Shown here: piece after piece, positions 27,690-42,600 of the stretch | Layout: each line of letters opens with the position of its first letter | Numbering within the stretch: the stretch's first letter is position 1 | IMG/VR virus record: IMGVR_UViG_3300030102_005560 | Span: 1-64,000 of that record | DNA: 64,000 bases | From: a virus | Reading direction: 5' to 3' (one strand) | Program-made: the position numbers and the translations under genes | The notes under the pieces: model-generated | Told to the model about the DNA's origin: nothing | Databases searched by the model: none | What the model saw: the letters and a program-made list of their open reading frames with translations, nothing else

Positions 27690-30600
27690 GTGTCAGTACT
27701 CAGTCGTAGCAACCACGCTTTCTTCTTCGATGGTGTGAGTGACAGCATCATCGTTCCTGATGGTCCCTTCATACTAGGCAAGAGGGACTCCTTGGGTAAC
27801 ACGAGCGTCAAGGAGTTCCTAGACGATGACAATGCGGACCCGCAGTTGTCAATCACCTCAGGCTTGTACAGCAACGAGTTGACCATAGAGGCTTGGCTCA
27901 TGCCTGACTGCGGTGGCACGGTAGTCGAGAAGTCAGGGCAGTTCAAACTCACCGTGGGCAACGTGGACACTCCCGGCCCCGCTACCTTCGGCATATATCT
28001 CAACAACGGCAGCAGTGACGAGTACCATGAGATAAGCACGGGTAACAAGACTGCCACGAGATATGAGGGAACGGTGTACCCCGCTTCCGAGTTCGGTGGT
28101 ATACACGAGTCCTACAACAGGTTTGACACTTCCACCTATGGAACGGCGACCGATTTGAACAGGAATCACAGGCAACTGCTTCACGTCATAGCCACCTTCA
28201 GGGAGAAGGGGCTAGAGTTGTACGTGAATGGTCAGATAATGGCATCCAAGAGCCTGAAGGACGTCCCTCGGACGATAGCGAAGAGCAACTCGAACATATA
28301 CATCGGTGGCAAGGGAGGGCAATTCAGAGGCGTCATGGAGGCCATTCACATCAAGGGTGGCTTCAAGCAAGGCATGACGCACGGCAAGTCTCCCCTCAAG
28401 GATGACACCACCATGCTCCTATACAGATTCGAGGAACCAATATCACCAATAGAGAAAGAGTACGCCTTCACGTCCATAACCAATGACTTCAATGACGCTG
28501 GTCTGAGCACGATATCAATCAGCGCTTCTGATGCCCAAGCCATAGCGACTCTCCTGACTGGTAAGGCTGCTGACCTCTCCAACTTCCCCAACGGCAATCT
28601 GGACTTCACAGTCACGCCCTACAGTTCTGGCAAGTACACAGTCGTGCACCCCACCTCTGGAAACAAGTACATACCTCACGTGCCCTACAACCTCCTAATC
28701 AATCCCAATTCTATAGACAGGAAGACGAGGAAGCCGAACCAGACTCCCCCTGAGAGAGTCAGGCTGCACTCGATAGACTCCATGTTCGGCGCTGCTACCC
28801 TGACGGTATCCAGCGTGCATCTGGACCATGACAGGGGTGTAGCCAACGATGGGCTCATGGGTGTCCTGAACAAGAGCAGGACCACTGACTCTGATGACTA
28901 CTTCGTCATCATCAGCGCTGACCTGCTCATAGACTCGGGCACTGGTAGACCCTACCAACCACCTCACTTCTCCACGCAGATAATTGACAGGACAGGCCAG
29001 ATGGTGATAGACGAGAGCAACTACGAACGACATGGTCTAGTGTACTCGTCGAGAATGGCAACTTCCACAGTCGATACGGACAACCCATTCGCTCCAGTAT
29101 GGTACTCCTCAGTGCCTAGCGAGTTCCAGATAGGACACAGCGGCAGGCACGTTAAGAACCACGTTGACGGTCACCCGTTCCTCAGAATGCTCCCCGATGC
29201 CAATGAGGAGATTGTAGACCTGAAGGGAGACGGGCAGGCTGATTTGATTGACATAATCTACGACCAGATGCAGGATGGCGTGGAGCATCAGATATCGGTC
29301 AATAGCAGGGTCGATGTGTTCAGGGACCTGAACGACCTACCCATCAACAGCATAACCAACACTACCACAGTCACACAGGTAGTCAACACGTACCAAGACA
29401 CTGGGAGCCCACCGACGGGCAAGAGGAAACTCCTAGCGATAGGTGGTCCTCAGATGGACTTCAGACCATTCGCTCTGAAAGGCCCCGTCCCACTCGTGGG
29501 TGAGGAGTACGCCTCCGACATCAGGAAGCATCATCTCAGGCCCTCTTCGCAAAGTCGAGTCGCCCTCCTTCACGTACCCCAACTGTCCACTAGCAACATC
29601 AAGTTCGCTCCCTACGTGGAGATACACTACAATGCCATGGACCTCACTGGTGCGAGCATGTACAAGCCGGTTACCGCTGGCTCATTCGTCTCTGGGCAGA
29701 CGTACATCATAGTCAGCATCGGGGACACTAACTTCACTACGATAGGGGCATCCGCTAACACTGTAGGCTTGATATTCGAGGCGACCGGAACAGGCTCAGG
29801 CACAGGCACAGCGCGACCCTACCACCCGATGCTCATGGTCGAGAAGACAGTGCCTGCATCCGATGTATCGATAGGCGCTGGCTCCTACGTCTATGATGCG
29901 ATAGCCGATTCCATATCATCGGGTAAGACCCTGTATGCCGCTGGTGGTGTCATAGACTTCGATGTCGGGAAACTACAGACGAACAGCAACATGCTTCAAC
30001 CGCACAACCTGATTGGTGACAACAGCGAGGGCTACGCAGCAGACAGCGATGTCGATGAGACCTCCTCCCCTGCCAATTACACTCCTCGTGAGAGTGATTC
30101 TTCTGAGAACAAGACTCCATCTGTCATACTCGACTCCACCAGCAGCGGAAGGAGCCACGAGTCGGTGTTCAACAAAGTCAGACTATCCAAGCCCGGTCAC
30201 AAGCACTCGCTCAATGACATAGGGGACTACTCCAGAGTTGAGCCACAGACAGTGCCCGGCTCACCCTCGACTGGTGAGTTCGACACTGGTATCACAACCT
30301 CGCACTCGCACGTTCACGAGGTGTTCGACATCATCGACAACGTCCCTCTGGTAAACGACAGCATCTCCAACATGAGCCTGATACTGCAACCCTCTGACAG
30401 GAGCAGGACCAATCAACTCAGCAGGGCGAAGTCCCTTCTAGACTCATTCGACACACCCAGCCAATTCAAGATAATGTGCATGATGAGCAGAGCGAGAGTC
30501 AGAAGCATAAAGGAGAACGACGCTGCTGACAAGGGGAACTACACGGTAGTGCATTGCGTCGGGCTATCCGAGTCAGCAGCGTCCAGAAACGTCGACTTCG

Positions 30601-33600
30601 TTGGCACTGGTAGCCCCGACTCCCACATAGTCAAGGAGATTGAGCCCAATGCGCCCGTGGTAACGGTCACACTGGGTGGTCCGGGTCAGGGTGCGATGGA
30701 CACCAAGCCGCTGTACCACAAGAGCAAACTAGCCCATGAGTCGTACTCCACCAGAAGAGCGTATGCCGTAGAGGCAGTGAAACTGGAGATGGACTTCCTC
30801 TCTGGCACTGGCACTCTGCACATCAGACCCCTGAACAACAACTCGGATGACCTCGCCAGTTGGGGCACGTACGGCTTCCCCCGCTATGGTAGCATCTACA
30901 TGCCGGATGGCAGCAGCGCGAAGTACTCATCCAAGACCGGAACCTCATTCTCATTCGTGGCATCATCACTTGGCTCCGGTGACTACCTATCGTCATCCGG
31001 CTCGGAGTACACCACGATAGCCCAACTGCTCAATGCGATTGGGCTGATGGCAGGCTCCACCAGCGGTGTCGTGGAGATATACGGCAACTTCACCATATAC
31101 AGCGAGCCTGACTTCGGTGACGAGTCGAACATAGAGAACGGGACAACCGTGAATGACAAGATGCACCAGAGCCTCAACGACGTCCAACACGACTACCAAC
31201 TAGGTACGCAATACGCAAGCACCAGAGCGCTTGTAGAGATACCGCTCTTCGCCAACCAGTTCTTCAAGAGCACCATCGGCCCTGATAACGGGTTCAAGAT
31301 TCACTTGGATGCCACTCACACAGCACATACCTACAACCCATCTCCTGTCGGTAGGAGGCCGAAGGGCACCAGTCCCGCAGACAGGGAGGCCGAATCAGCA
31401 TACTCCTTCGCCATGGCAAACAGGCAGTACGTCTCATCATCCACAGTGAAGAAGTGGACCGATACGAGAACCGTGAAGAGACTCTACGTCTCCAACATCA
31501 GCATATTCCCTGACTCATCCACATCGACTGACACGTATCAGGGAATCACTAACGCATTCAGGTACAGAAAGATAAACCTCGCCAATGGCGAGTACGCATA
31601 CTACACTAACGTGAATACCTCCAATGGGTATCTGGATATCCTCAATACCGAATATGGCTACAGCCCCGAGTTCTTCGACTCTCTGGAAGCAGGCATCACG
31701 GTCTTCCTGAACGAGTCCAGATTGAACAAGGAACTACCACCCATGTTCTCTGACAGCATCAGCCAGTCCTCCGACTTCGAGAACAGGAGCGAGTACTACC
31801 ATGACTCAGCCAGCGTCAAGACACAGGGAGGGAATGTGGATTACGGTCTCAGGCAGTACGTCACGGCAGTCGAGTTCAAGGCCGGTCCCGAGAGCAACCC
31901 ACACGCACCTAGGGTAGGACCGAGAAGGGCTACAGGCAAGGTGCTCAGCGAGTTGAAGACATCTCTCGGTAACGACGAGTTCGCCTTGACGCTCACACTC
32001 AGTCCGGATGAGTTCTCCACGTTCCCGAATCTCGGGTATGACACTCTGTCAGAGGCACCATTGGAAGCGGGAGAACTAATCTACGAAGTGCAGTACGATG
32101 ACTCTGGTACGATTCACAGGTACCACTACCATGGCAACCTCAAGACTGTAGGCTCACTGACCACACCAGAGAACAGCATCACCCTGACTTACACCACCAC
32201 AGGTGGCTTTACCTCGTACCCAGTCTCGATACTCAACAAGAGGATAACGCTCAGCAGGAAGGCCTCTAGGGTCCTGCGAGAGACCTCGGCGTTCGGTACT
32301 GGCTACACCTACTACGAGGGAGGCACCGTCTACAGGGAACTCTTCAACAACATGAACATAGACACCACCATCGCCATACAGCAGAATGACTCCTCCAGCA
32401 ATCCCGAGTCCCTGATACAACTCACGATGCCAAGCAACAGGACCCTGCATGACCTCCATAACATCAGCGTCAAGAAGGATGACGAGGTGTACTACTACGT
32501 CGATACCACCACTGATGAGTTGAGGAAGATAGGAACGGTAACCAGAGTCGTCAGCGGTGAGGGGTCCAACAACACCACCATACACCTGAGTGCCAATGCC
32601 CCTACAATACCAGCCAGTGCCAAGTTAGCAGTAGCAATGGGTGACTACGAGGACAAGGACGCTATCCTCAATGCCCATTGGCTGAACCCGTACGCTCCGG
32701 GTGGCCTCAGGAACGGTGACACCATCTGGGCCAACATGTCCTACAACAACCCGCATGCCGTAGAGGGGCTGTTCGCCAAGAGCAGAGGAGTGTACAACGA
32801 ATCACAAGTCTGGACGGAGTTCAATGGCGGCACCGGGTCACTCAACAACTCACCGAGGGACAGCATACCGATAGAGAACTTCATGATAGGCAAGACGTGT
32901 CTGGAGACTGCTAGGAACTACGTGCAGCACGTCAATCGGACGATAGAGGAGAACTACCTCGCACTGGGACTCACTGCATCCCAAGCACCCACAGTGGCGT
33001 TCGTCGACCCCTATCTATCCACTCCCACCCATGCTAGAGTGCTGCTGTACGATACGGCGCACGATAGGGAGTTCGTGGCATTTCAAGACATCTTCATGCA
33101 GGTGCAGACGAGCCCAGAGACAACCCAACTGGGATGGCGAAAGGAGGTCGTAGAGGGCAGTGCGAGGAAGCCGTTGCACAAGGTCAATGCCCAATACGCG
33201 GGTAGCGGACCGAGCCCTTGGACCACGCAGATTGACGTCACTAACGGATACCCCTCGCAGAACCCGTTCATCAGGAGCACCCAGCAATCTAAATTCATAG
33301 AGAGCGCGTATGCACATGACCTAGCCAATAGGCAATCCAGCGACCTATTGGGGAGCACTGTCCCCACTGGTTCCTACACCCTACCCACTGATGGTAGGAG
33401 CAGCACCAGCGTCAGGATATACGGAAAGGCCCATGGTCATCACGTGCACACCGAGTACTCCCTCGGTGGCACTCTGTCCAACATCAGGCTCGGTAACAGC
33501 ACCGTTCCCAGAACCAACGACTCCGTGGTGCTCCACAAGGTCGCAGATGAACTGCACTTCCTAGGTAGGAAGCCTGCTGGTACGAACGTAGACGTATTCA

Positions 33601-36600
33601 CCAAAGAACTAATCAAACTGAGAGAGGGCACCACTGGGGCTACCTTCAGAGACCCCTCCACCTTCTTCGATACGCCAGATGGCACTAGAGTGATACCAGC
33701 CTTCCTATGTCTCAGAGGCATAAGGGCAGAGTCGCTGGACCTGACATCACACGAGGAGGGCAGACTGCAACACCTGCCCGAGTGGAAGGACATGGACTTC
33801 GTCAGGAGACTGACTGTGGACATGGGCGTCGTCAAGAACAAGGAAGGAGTGGTGAACATCACAAAGGCTGCCGAGGAGGTAGTGAGGCTAATCAACCAAC
33901 ACGGCGCTCTGACTGCAAGGACAGAGAACGGTTCCGCTCATGACCCCTCACCCTTCTGGCACGTCGATGACAAGAACAAGGGCACGCACATGGGTTACCT
34001 ACGTGCGCACATAGGGAGGGAGGTCAGGGACCTCAACGGTGACATAGGGGTATCAGTGGTCATACACAGCACGGTCCCCGGTGCGACAGGCAGGAACTTC
34101 TGCGTCTGGTTGGACAACAGCACTGGGCAGGATACCTACCAACCAGAGTTCATGATAGGTCACGGTGGTAGATGGAGGAACTTCTGGGCTCTACCCGAGG
34201 AGACCGAGGGCGAACTCATGCATCCAGCACCCATGCCCCTCAACAAGCATGGAAGGCCGTTCGCCCCCATCACCACCTTGCAGCAGTACATCACATCGGA
34301 GGAGAGCGGGGAGGACGTACAGAGCGTCGCTGACTTCGAGGACGACTCAGTGCTGAGAGCAGTCTCCGACTCCATCAGCGGCAAGAGCCACAACTCAATC
34401 AATGCGGAGTCTCTTGACGTCAAGGGTTCATCATCAACATTCGTCAAAGGCCTGCGCACTGGTTCTCGTGCGATGGCCAGAATCAACTTCGGTGGCCTAG
34501 TGGCAAGCGGTGTACCGGGATGGGCACCTAACGCTGGCAAATGGGGCTTCGGCAAGGTGAACGACTCCTCCTTCGATAACAGGTACGGAGAGTCCACGAG
34601 CACCAGTTACGGGTCGTACGTCCCTGCTGCTGACATACTACCGGACAACGTGGGCACGTCCAATATCTACGGCTTCAGATTCAAGGACAACGTGGGTACC
34701 GAGCACGGCGTGAGGTACATCTACAGGAGGGATGGAGATTCCTTCTCCAATGAGAACACAGTGCTACCCACAACCATAGAGGAGGAGGTGTGCGTCTTCT
34801 TCGATGACAGGGACGTCGCGCAAGGCGGCTTCACGATAGGCAACTCGATGCAAGGTGACAATGACGCTACCGGGAGAATGGACTTCACTTTCGTCAGTGA
34901 GACTCTAGGCAACAAGTGGAAGGGTGCTAGATGGAGAGGAGTGAGTGCTCCCAATGCTGCTACGCTAGTCACAGCCAGCGTCAGTAGCACCACCATGACC
35001 ATAGCGTTCCAAGCGCCCTTCGATACTTCCTTCACCGATGACAAACTAGGTTACCTCGGCTTCCCCAGAGAGAATGGTATAATCCAAATCACCGATGAGG
35101 ATGGGGATGGCGATGCGGATGTCGGTCTCACTCTCTCATACGGCAGCAGGAGCGGGACACAGTTCTTCGATGTGCTAGGGCTACCCGGCTCTTGGACGAG
35201 CGGTGACTACCTCATCACCTCGGTCTTGAACTGGACTTGCCTCGTAACGGATGAGTTAATCGCGGCTGCGACTGCTGCTGCAATCAACGCTGGCAATGAG
35301 ATAAACAATCCAGACGGACTCAAGTTCGATTGCAGAGACATGTACGCCACTGATGGTAGGACCTTCGGCGAATGGGGCGTGAGGGAAGATGCGATAACCA
35401 TCAGGGCGTTCAATCCCAGCAAGAACGTCGCACCTCTCAACGAGTCTTTCTCAGCCACCCTCCACAGGGACTTCGGAATACACGCCGCGCACCTAGAGTT
35501 CGGTGAGTTGAAGAAGACAGTCAGACCCACTGGTGCCGCTAGTTGGAACTTCGACACCTCAAGAGCACTGACTGATGCAGTCATAGACGGTAGCAGAAAC
35601 GTGGATTGCGGATACCTGCCCTTCAACATACTCAAAATAGACAGTGTCGCAAGAGGCCCTCACGCCAACACAGCAACTCCCTTGTTCGTTGATTCCAAGA
35701 ACAACAAAGCGAGCACTAAGGAGTGGGCTCGTGGTCTCAAGGGGCTCAGTTTCACCAGAACCTCAGGAGACCACATACTACCAAAGATAGACAACCCGTT
35801 GACGAGATACGAGACCGCTTGGACCGCGATAAGCGAGTTGGTAACCGATGGTGAGTTCTCAGAGGGATTCACTGGTGCCATAGCCGTGGACACTGGCAAT
35901 CCCACAAACGAGATAGTGGTAGGTGACCTAATCGCTGATAACGCTGATAGGGTGCTGGGCCGAGTCACAGCACGAACCTCTACGAGCATCACCTTGGACA
36001 GCCTCAGAGTCAGCATCGCTGACAACCTGATAATCAACAAGAGACAGTCACTCGACAACTCCACCAAGAACTGGCAGAGCAGCGTCACTCTGTCAGCATC
36101 TATGTTCCACTTCGCCATACCAGCGGGACAAGTAACTGGTTCCATCATAAAGTCACTAGGGGAGAGGAAGAGAGTCTACCTATCACCATCAGCATCAGTG
36201 GTGGCTGAGAGCAAGGTCGGTACCAGCAGCGACACAGTGCTCCAATGGGACATAGACAACTCGATAGGGAACATGCCTAGGGAAATCACCTTCAACAGAA
36301 ACCTACTATCCACTCATACGAATCCCGACTTCGATGGGTTGCGTTCCGTGGGTAGCGTGTTCTCGGAGCCCATCGTGATGTTCAGAGGCGGTAGGAGCAG
36401 CAAGGACCACAGCGTCCCTCTGTTCTTCGGTGGTGGCTTCAGTGGCGTCACCCTCGACGTCAACGACGGCACTCAGAACGACTACTCGTCATTCTACACC
36501 CACCCATATGCAAACGGACCAACTGGTGTGGCTGGGATACAGAATGCGAATGAGATATCCACGAGTTTCGCCATGCTGGATGCCAACGCCATGTTCGCAT

Positions 36601-39600
36601 TCTTCCCCGGTGCTGCGCTGTGCAACCAGCATCGTGGTAGCATCACTCCACCTGCGTTCAACAAGGACAACGTGCTTGCACCTGACTTGCATAGCACCAC
36701 AACCCTAGCGAGCGACGTGGTCACAGCGAAGCCAGTGCCTTTAGTGCTCAGGTTCCCACACCCCACAGCGAGGTACGAGGACCATCTCGATGGCACTGAG
36801 AACAAGACCACGTACCTCGTCTTCGGTCCCGGTCAGGCCTTCCCATTCACTAGGGAGGCTGCTGACGGCACTGGTCTAGGACACTCCAGCGCAGACACGG
36901 GCAATAGGTTCGAGCCCAATCCCGGACTCATAGTCACAGCGACCAACAACTCGACATGGGCGTCCGTACCAGACAGCGACGGGCAATCTAACCTGCTGTT
37001 CCCCAACTCCATCGACAACGACAACTACGCATTCGGCCCATTGACCAAGACACGATACAACGACACTGCTGGCTTCCATTGGAGAGCGATGGTCAACTGG
37101 GAGACCCCGGCAGGTTATTGCATGAAGGGGAAGTTCCTGCAAAGACCATCACATGGAAGGCACTATGGACAGCAGTTCAGCGATGCCACACCGTACAACG
37201 TCATCCACCTCCTACCGATACACCCCAAGATGCACACTCCGGTGATAGCATACGGTATAGCGATGGCCGCCGACACGGTATGGCACATGGATGGTGGCTT
37301 CCATCCCGGTGGGCACTGGATGGACAACCAAATCACATTCAACCCGCCGCACCCATCAGCCTCCAGTAGAATCAACGGCACCTCTTGGCCGAGAGCAGAC
37401 CAGATACACCCAGCCGCATTCAGGGTATCAGGAGCCATGCTGAGCAAGACTCTCGATTACATAGGCTCCTCCGATACCGTCACCACCAACGACTCCAAGA
37501 TGGAGTACATCGTTGTGGATGCCACACGCGCACAGAACGGCGAGGAACTGGCAACCGTTCTAGGGGCAGCGATAAACGCATTCCCCGGTGGTGGTGCCTT
37601 GAAGGCACTTGGAGGTACTCACATGCCCTCGATGGGTAACTCCCTGAGGCAGGACAGGTACGGCTGGGTCTCCGTAGGAACGTCCTCGAACGGGGTGCAG
37701 CAGGCAACGTCAGTATCACCCAATCAAATAACCAACTTCATCACAGTCGATACGGGTAACCCGAATCAGGTCACGGCAGAGCAGGTGCCAGCCTCAGGAT
37801 GGCTGAGAGCGCATGTGGGCAATGCAGTGAGTTGGGCTTGCTACCACTCTAGGGAGATAAACGCAAGCGGTGACATTACCTTCCTACTGGCACCCAACAG
37901 GATAGAAGGCAAAAGCGAGTTCGAGGACAAGGAGACTTGGGAGGACCATGCGAATGGTAGCGCTGATGACTTCGCAGCAGTAGCCAGCAACGCCACCATA
38001 TTCGTATGGTCCAAGGCTGGTACGATACGCTTCAACAACGAGAATGACAGCACCCGCGACCACATGACGCAGGTCCACTTCTCCGGCATAGCAGATGCGA
38101 TAGACAGGACGAAACCAATCGGCGCAGTCGGCTGGCACGGAGAGAGGTACTCGCATCTCAACAGCCTCAAGATTTCAGTCTCTACAGTCAAGAACGGTGC
38201 AACGAGCACCACAACTGGATACGCTGCTGGTCTCGGTGCCTATCATCCAAGTCTAGCATTCTCCCCCTACGGCACTGCCGGGACCGTGATGAGCGTGCAT
38301 AGTTCGGTGCCGGTAGTCGCACCCATGAAGCACAGCCCAGAGAGCGTCTCCCCAGTCGATGGCATAGGAACCAATGTGGCTGAGGCTCTCACCAAGAGCA
38401 GGTTCTACGTCAACTTCCCAGATGCCAATGGAGATGGTTGGTCAACAGGCACGCTCACCCCCTACTTCCAAGACAGCGACATCACCACTGGTAGCGTTAC
38501 CCACTGGTCGTCGCCCACCAACTACACCACCACCCTACCTGAGGAACTGACACACCCGCAAGGCGTGTACACCAGTGCGTTCCTAGTGGTCAGTTATGAG
38601 TGCGAGACTGCGCTAAAGAACAAGTACGACCGTGACCTGATACAGTGCAATGGCGACTGGCTCCATCTCAAGACGACGAGCACCAACAAGATACGTTCTG
38701 CTGGTACATCCCAGTTCGACCCTAGGATACACAACCAAGACAGGTTCACCGCACCAGCCAACGCAGGTCCGAATGTGGAGGCACTCATAGTCAGCGGCAC
38801 CTCAGTACCCACTGGTGATGAGAGCGTCGCCAACTGGTCAGACAGCGTGACTTGGTCATTCTTCACAGCGTTCAGCGACAAGACGGACAAGGACAACGAC
38901 CTGTCCATGAAGAACGCGATACCCGGCCTCAACAAGACGGGTGACCTGCTATTCGACCTAGACCAGAGCATAGGCTCAGCGCTTCTCCAAACTGGAGACG
39001 CCAAGAGGAACGTATCATCTGACAAGTACACCGGCACTGCCTACACAGCCAGCACCGGCAACAGCGTATCATATCCCACCGAGTACTGGATGGGTGACGT
39101 CAACGCCTTCCAGATGTACGAGAACTCACCAGTGAAGAACTTCACAGTGGAGAACGTCGTATGGAAGAGAATGGATGGCGGTAACCTATCACTACCAGCG
39201 ATAAACGCCCGTGGTCTCGGTGCAGTTCCTTGGGTCACTAGGGTGGACACAACGGGTTCATCCGACGTATCGTACCTGACTGGAGAGAAGGTGTACGGTA
39301 ACGTGCGCTTCTCCTTCGAGACTACGAACAGTGCCATGATGCCTGTGTTGCAGGCTCAGGAACTAGCCCATCCTGAGTTCATCAAGAAGGTACCGTACTC
39401 AGTGGGTGGCGTGCTAGAGATACCAAACGAGGAGGTGCAGTTCCAGAGCATCAGCGTCATCGATGACAGCGGGCAGGAGCATGTGCTGGAAGGTGGGAGC
39501 CCATTAGGCACGGTCATCAGAGGATTCAGGACACCACCAGACAGAGGCGTCAATGGGAAAGCACCAGCGCTCGCCAATAGCGGTAACACGCCCAACCTGA

Positions 39601-42600
39601 AGGTGATGCTACCTAACCCCGACTCCATACCCGGCAACCTCATCGTACGCTCTGGTTTCGACCCCATACAGGCCTACCAGAACGAGACAATGGGCTCGGG
39701 TGGGATGATACACCCAGACCTCAGTGAGACGCACATAGGCCACCTGTTCGACAACTCAGTAGCAGGTCCTAGGAACTCTCCCACATACGAGGACCACAAC
39801 TGGGAGAGGATAGACCCAGTGACGTTCGATTCCGAAGTGGGCGGTTGGAACAACAACAACCCACTCAAGTCCTCATACGAACTACATGACAGGACGCTCT
39901 TCTTCCACGTCACTAAGATGGGTCACACTCATACCCATAGGTATCCCACTGTGTACGACTACTCCTCCGGCTCATCAGGAGCATGCAGCCTGCAAAACCA
40001 AACGGTCTCGGTAACGGCATGGAACTCCACCAGCAGCCAGTTGACCGTGAGCCAGACTTTGGATTCCAGCGTATTCAGCGGTGGCTTCGGTACGAAGGAG
40101 GTGATGGATGACAGGAGATTCCTGAGAGTCTACAACCCAACCACTGACGAAGGTGCAGTCTGCTCGTACACCACCGCTGGTAGCACCACCATCACTGTCG
40201 TAGGTGATGTGGGTTTCGCTGACTTCATGCTCGCACAGACAGTGACTGACCTCAAGGTGGTACCGTCCTACTACGTGCCTGCTGGTTCGACTAGGTTCTT
40301 CGCTGCTAGGAGAATGAGGGACCATGCTGAGGTGAGTGGCAACTCCCCAGATATGGCACACACCAGATACTTCGCCGGTGACACAGTCGCATACAACGCA
40401 TATAGCAAACCCAAGATGACGCCAATGCCCTACCCGAGGATGGGACATCACTTCGTCACGCCCACGATGCCGATGCTACCCGGCCATTGGGCACATCCCG
40501 CTTACCAGTCATTGTACAGAAGGCATTTGGTCGACTTCAACGCATCAGTGTCATTCAAGGACACTGACCTGCTCAACAAGTACAAGACGCCCACTAACAG
40601 CCTGTCTGACATAGAGACGGCTCAGAGCATAACATTCGTCGATAACATAAACCCACTCGAAGCAGAGGTGAACTTCAGTGGTGTAAACGCAGCCCCCAGC
40701 GGTCCCAGCGACATTCATGGAGGCGCGTTTACGCTCATGTTCGAGACGGGTGTGAAATATGATGGTTACGGAATACTAGCATCCTCTGGAACAGCAGGTA
40801 CCATGAACTCCTTGGGAGGGCACACCATCATCCTAGAGGCAAGTGCCAACTACACATTGGAGAAGCACTTCCCAGACCCCGCTGAGGTTGGTGCCTATCA
40901 GATAGTAATCCAACCCAACGTGTTCTCCAACCAACTCATAGGATATCACAACAACGCCACGGTGGGGCTCACGAGCCAACAGGTCAACACAGTGGTGGGC
41001 ATCAAGAGGGATTCGAGCAGAAGCACCAAGATAGGGGGTCTAGGGCTAATTCTAGCAAAGGAGGTGCAAGCAGACGTCAGAGGCTGCGAGGTGTTCATCA
41101 ACGAGATGATGCTCGATGTGAGTCCAGACTACGGCAGTCAGTTCACCAACATACCACCCCTCATGTCCTACAACCCCCTCGGTGTGCAACTGACAGAGTC
41201 TCCGTCATTCACCAGAAGGGGATTCCCCTATGCTGTCATGTTCTCCGATGCCACACCGGGCTATACTCTGAATATACCTTGGTGGTCAATACTGCACAAG
41301 AACGGTCCCCAAGGCACAGATGCGACCAACTACAGGGGTCTGAGCCAATATGGTCCCGATGACTACTACCTATTCTCAAGAAGCACCTTCGGTAGTGTAG
41401 GTAATCAACTAACAATCAATGGATATACCTCAACGTATATCGATATATATTCAAGTATACGTGAAAATATATCTATAAATCCAAAAAGTACAGTGGTATC
41501 ATTCAGTAGTGCATCTGGTAAAATACAAATTAGCAACTCAAATACATTCCCTATATCTCCATACTACTCACAAGTAGTAGAATACACAGGAAAGAATGGG
41601 AATAGATACACGAAAACCCTGCAAAGCAGGAGTGGTGCTCTATTCGATGTCAATCAAGGCGACTACTTGCAGTTGCAAGCGGGCTCCGATGAGTTCTGGA
41701 CGAATCTCTACGATGGCGCTGTAGTGCGTCTGTCCTACAAATACGACACTCTGCCTGCTGGGGATATATTCACCAACGAGGAGAGAAGCGTATTCGCACA
41801 TATCCTTCCGGACATAGTGGATGGGAACCAAGATACCAACAATGCATTCCTACCTGACGCATATATGTGTATGTGGCATCCTAATTTAGGTAGACCCAAT
41901 ACGTACTTCTCAGATAGTAGAACCACTTTGACGAGCAGTGCAATCGACAAGGACTCGTACAACTCCCTACCAGAGCACTTCGAGACCATTCACTACCACG
42001 ACTTCTCGCATGTAATCAGCACTGGTCCCTTCGACTTCCTCATCAAGACCCCCAAGAGCACTAGGACAGGGGAAGTGACGTCTGGTGATTCCAGCCACGA
42101 CGCCGGTGGAACCAACGTGATGCTAAGTGGCTTCTGGCCCTGTGGCAGCCGTGGTGGTGCCCACGCCAGCAGGCTGGACGTATACTCGTATGCGTCCTCG
42201 ACTTGGAACCTGCATGCCACAACGGACAACTGCAACTTCTCATCGGCATCCAACAAGGAATGGACCGATGCCGATGACGATGGCTCTTACTCGCTCAGCA
42301 ATGGCCTCGCAGTCGGGAGCATGGGTGGCACCAGAAGGAGGCCGTACGGATACCGTAACGCTGTACGTCAAGCCAATAACAAGCCTCGTTACGGTGTCAA
42401 TCCAGTCAGATTCCAACACGAGGAGACGGCGAATACGGAGGGTAACAACACCCTAGACTATGATGCTGGCCCCCTAGTGCAGATTGAGACCTCTGACTGG
42501 GGCTGGTCTGGCAACGGTACGGATGATGACACATTCCCCACCACGTACGTGGGTGTGATGGAGAGGCTGACGAACTTCACAGGCATGCTAGGGCACGACC

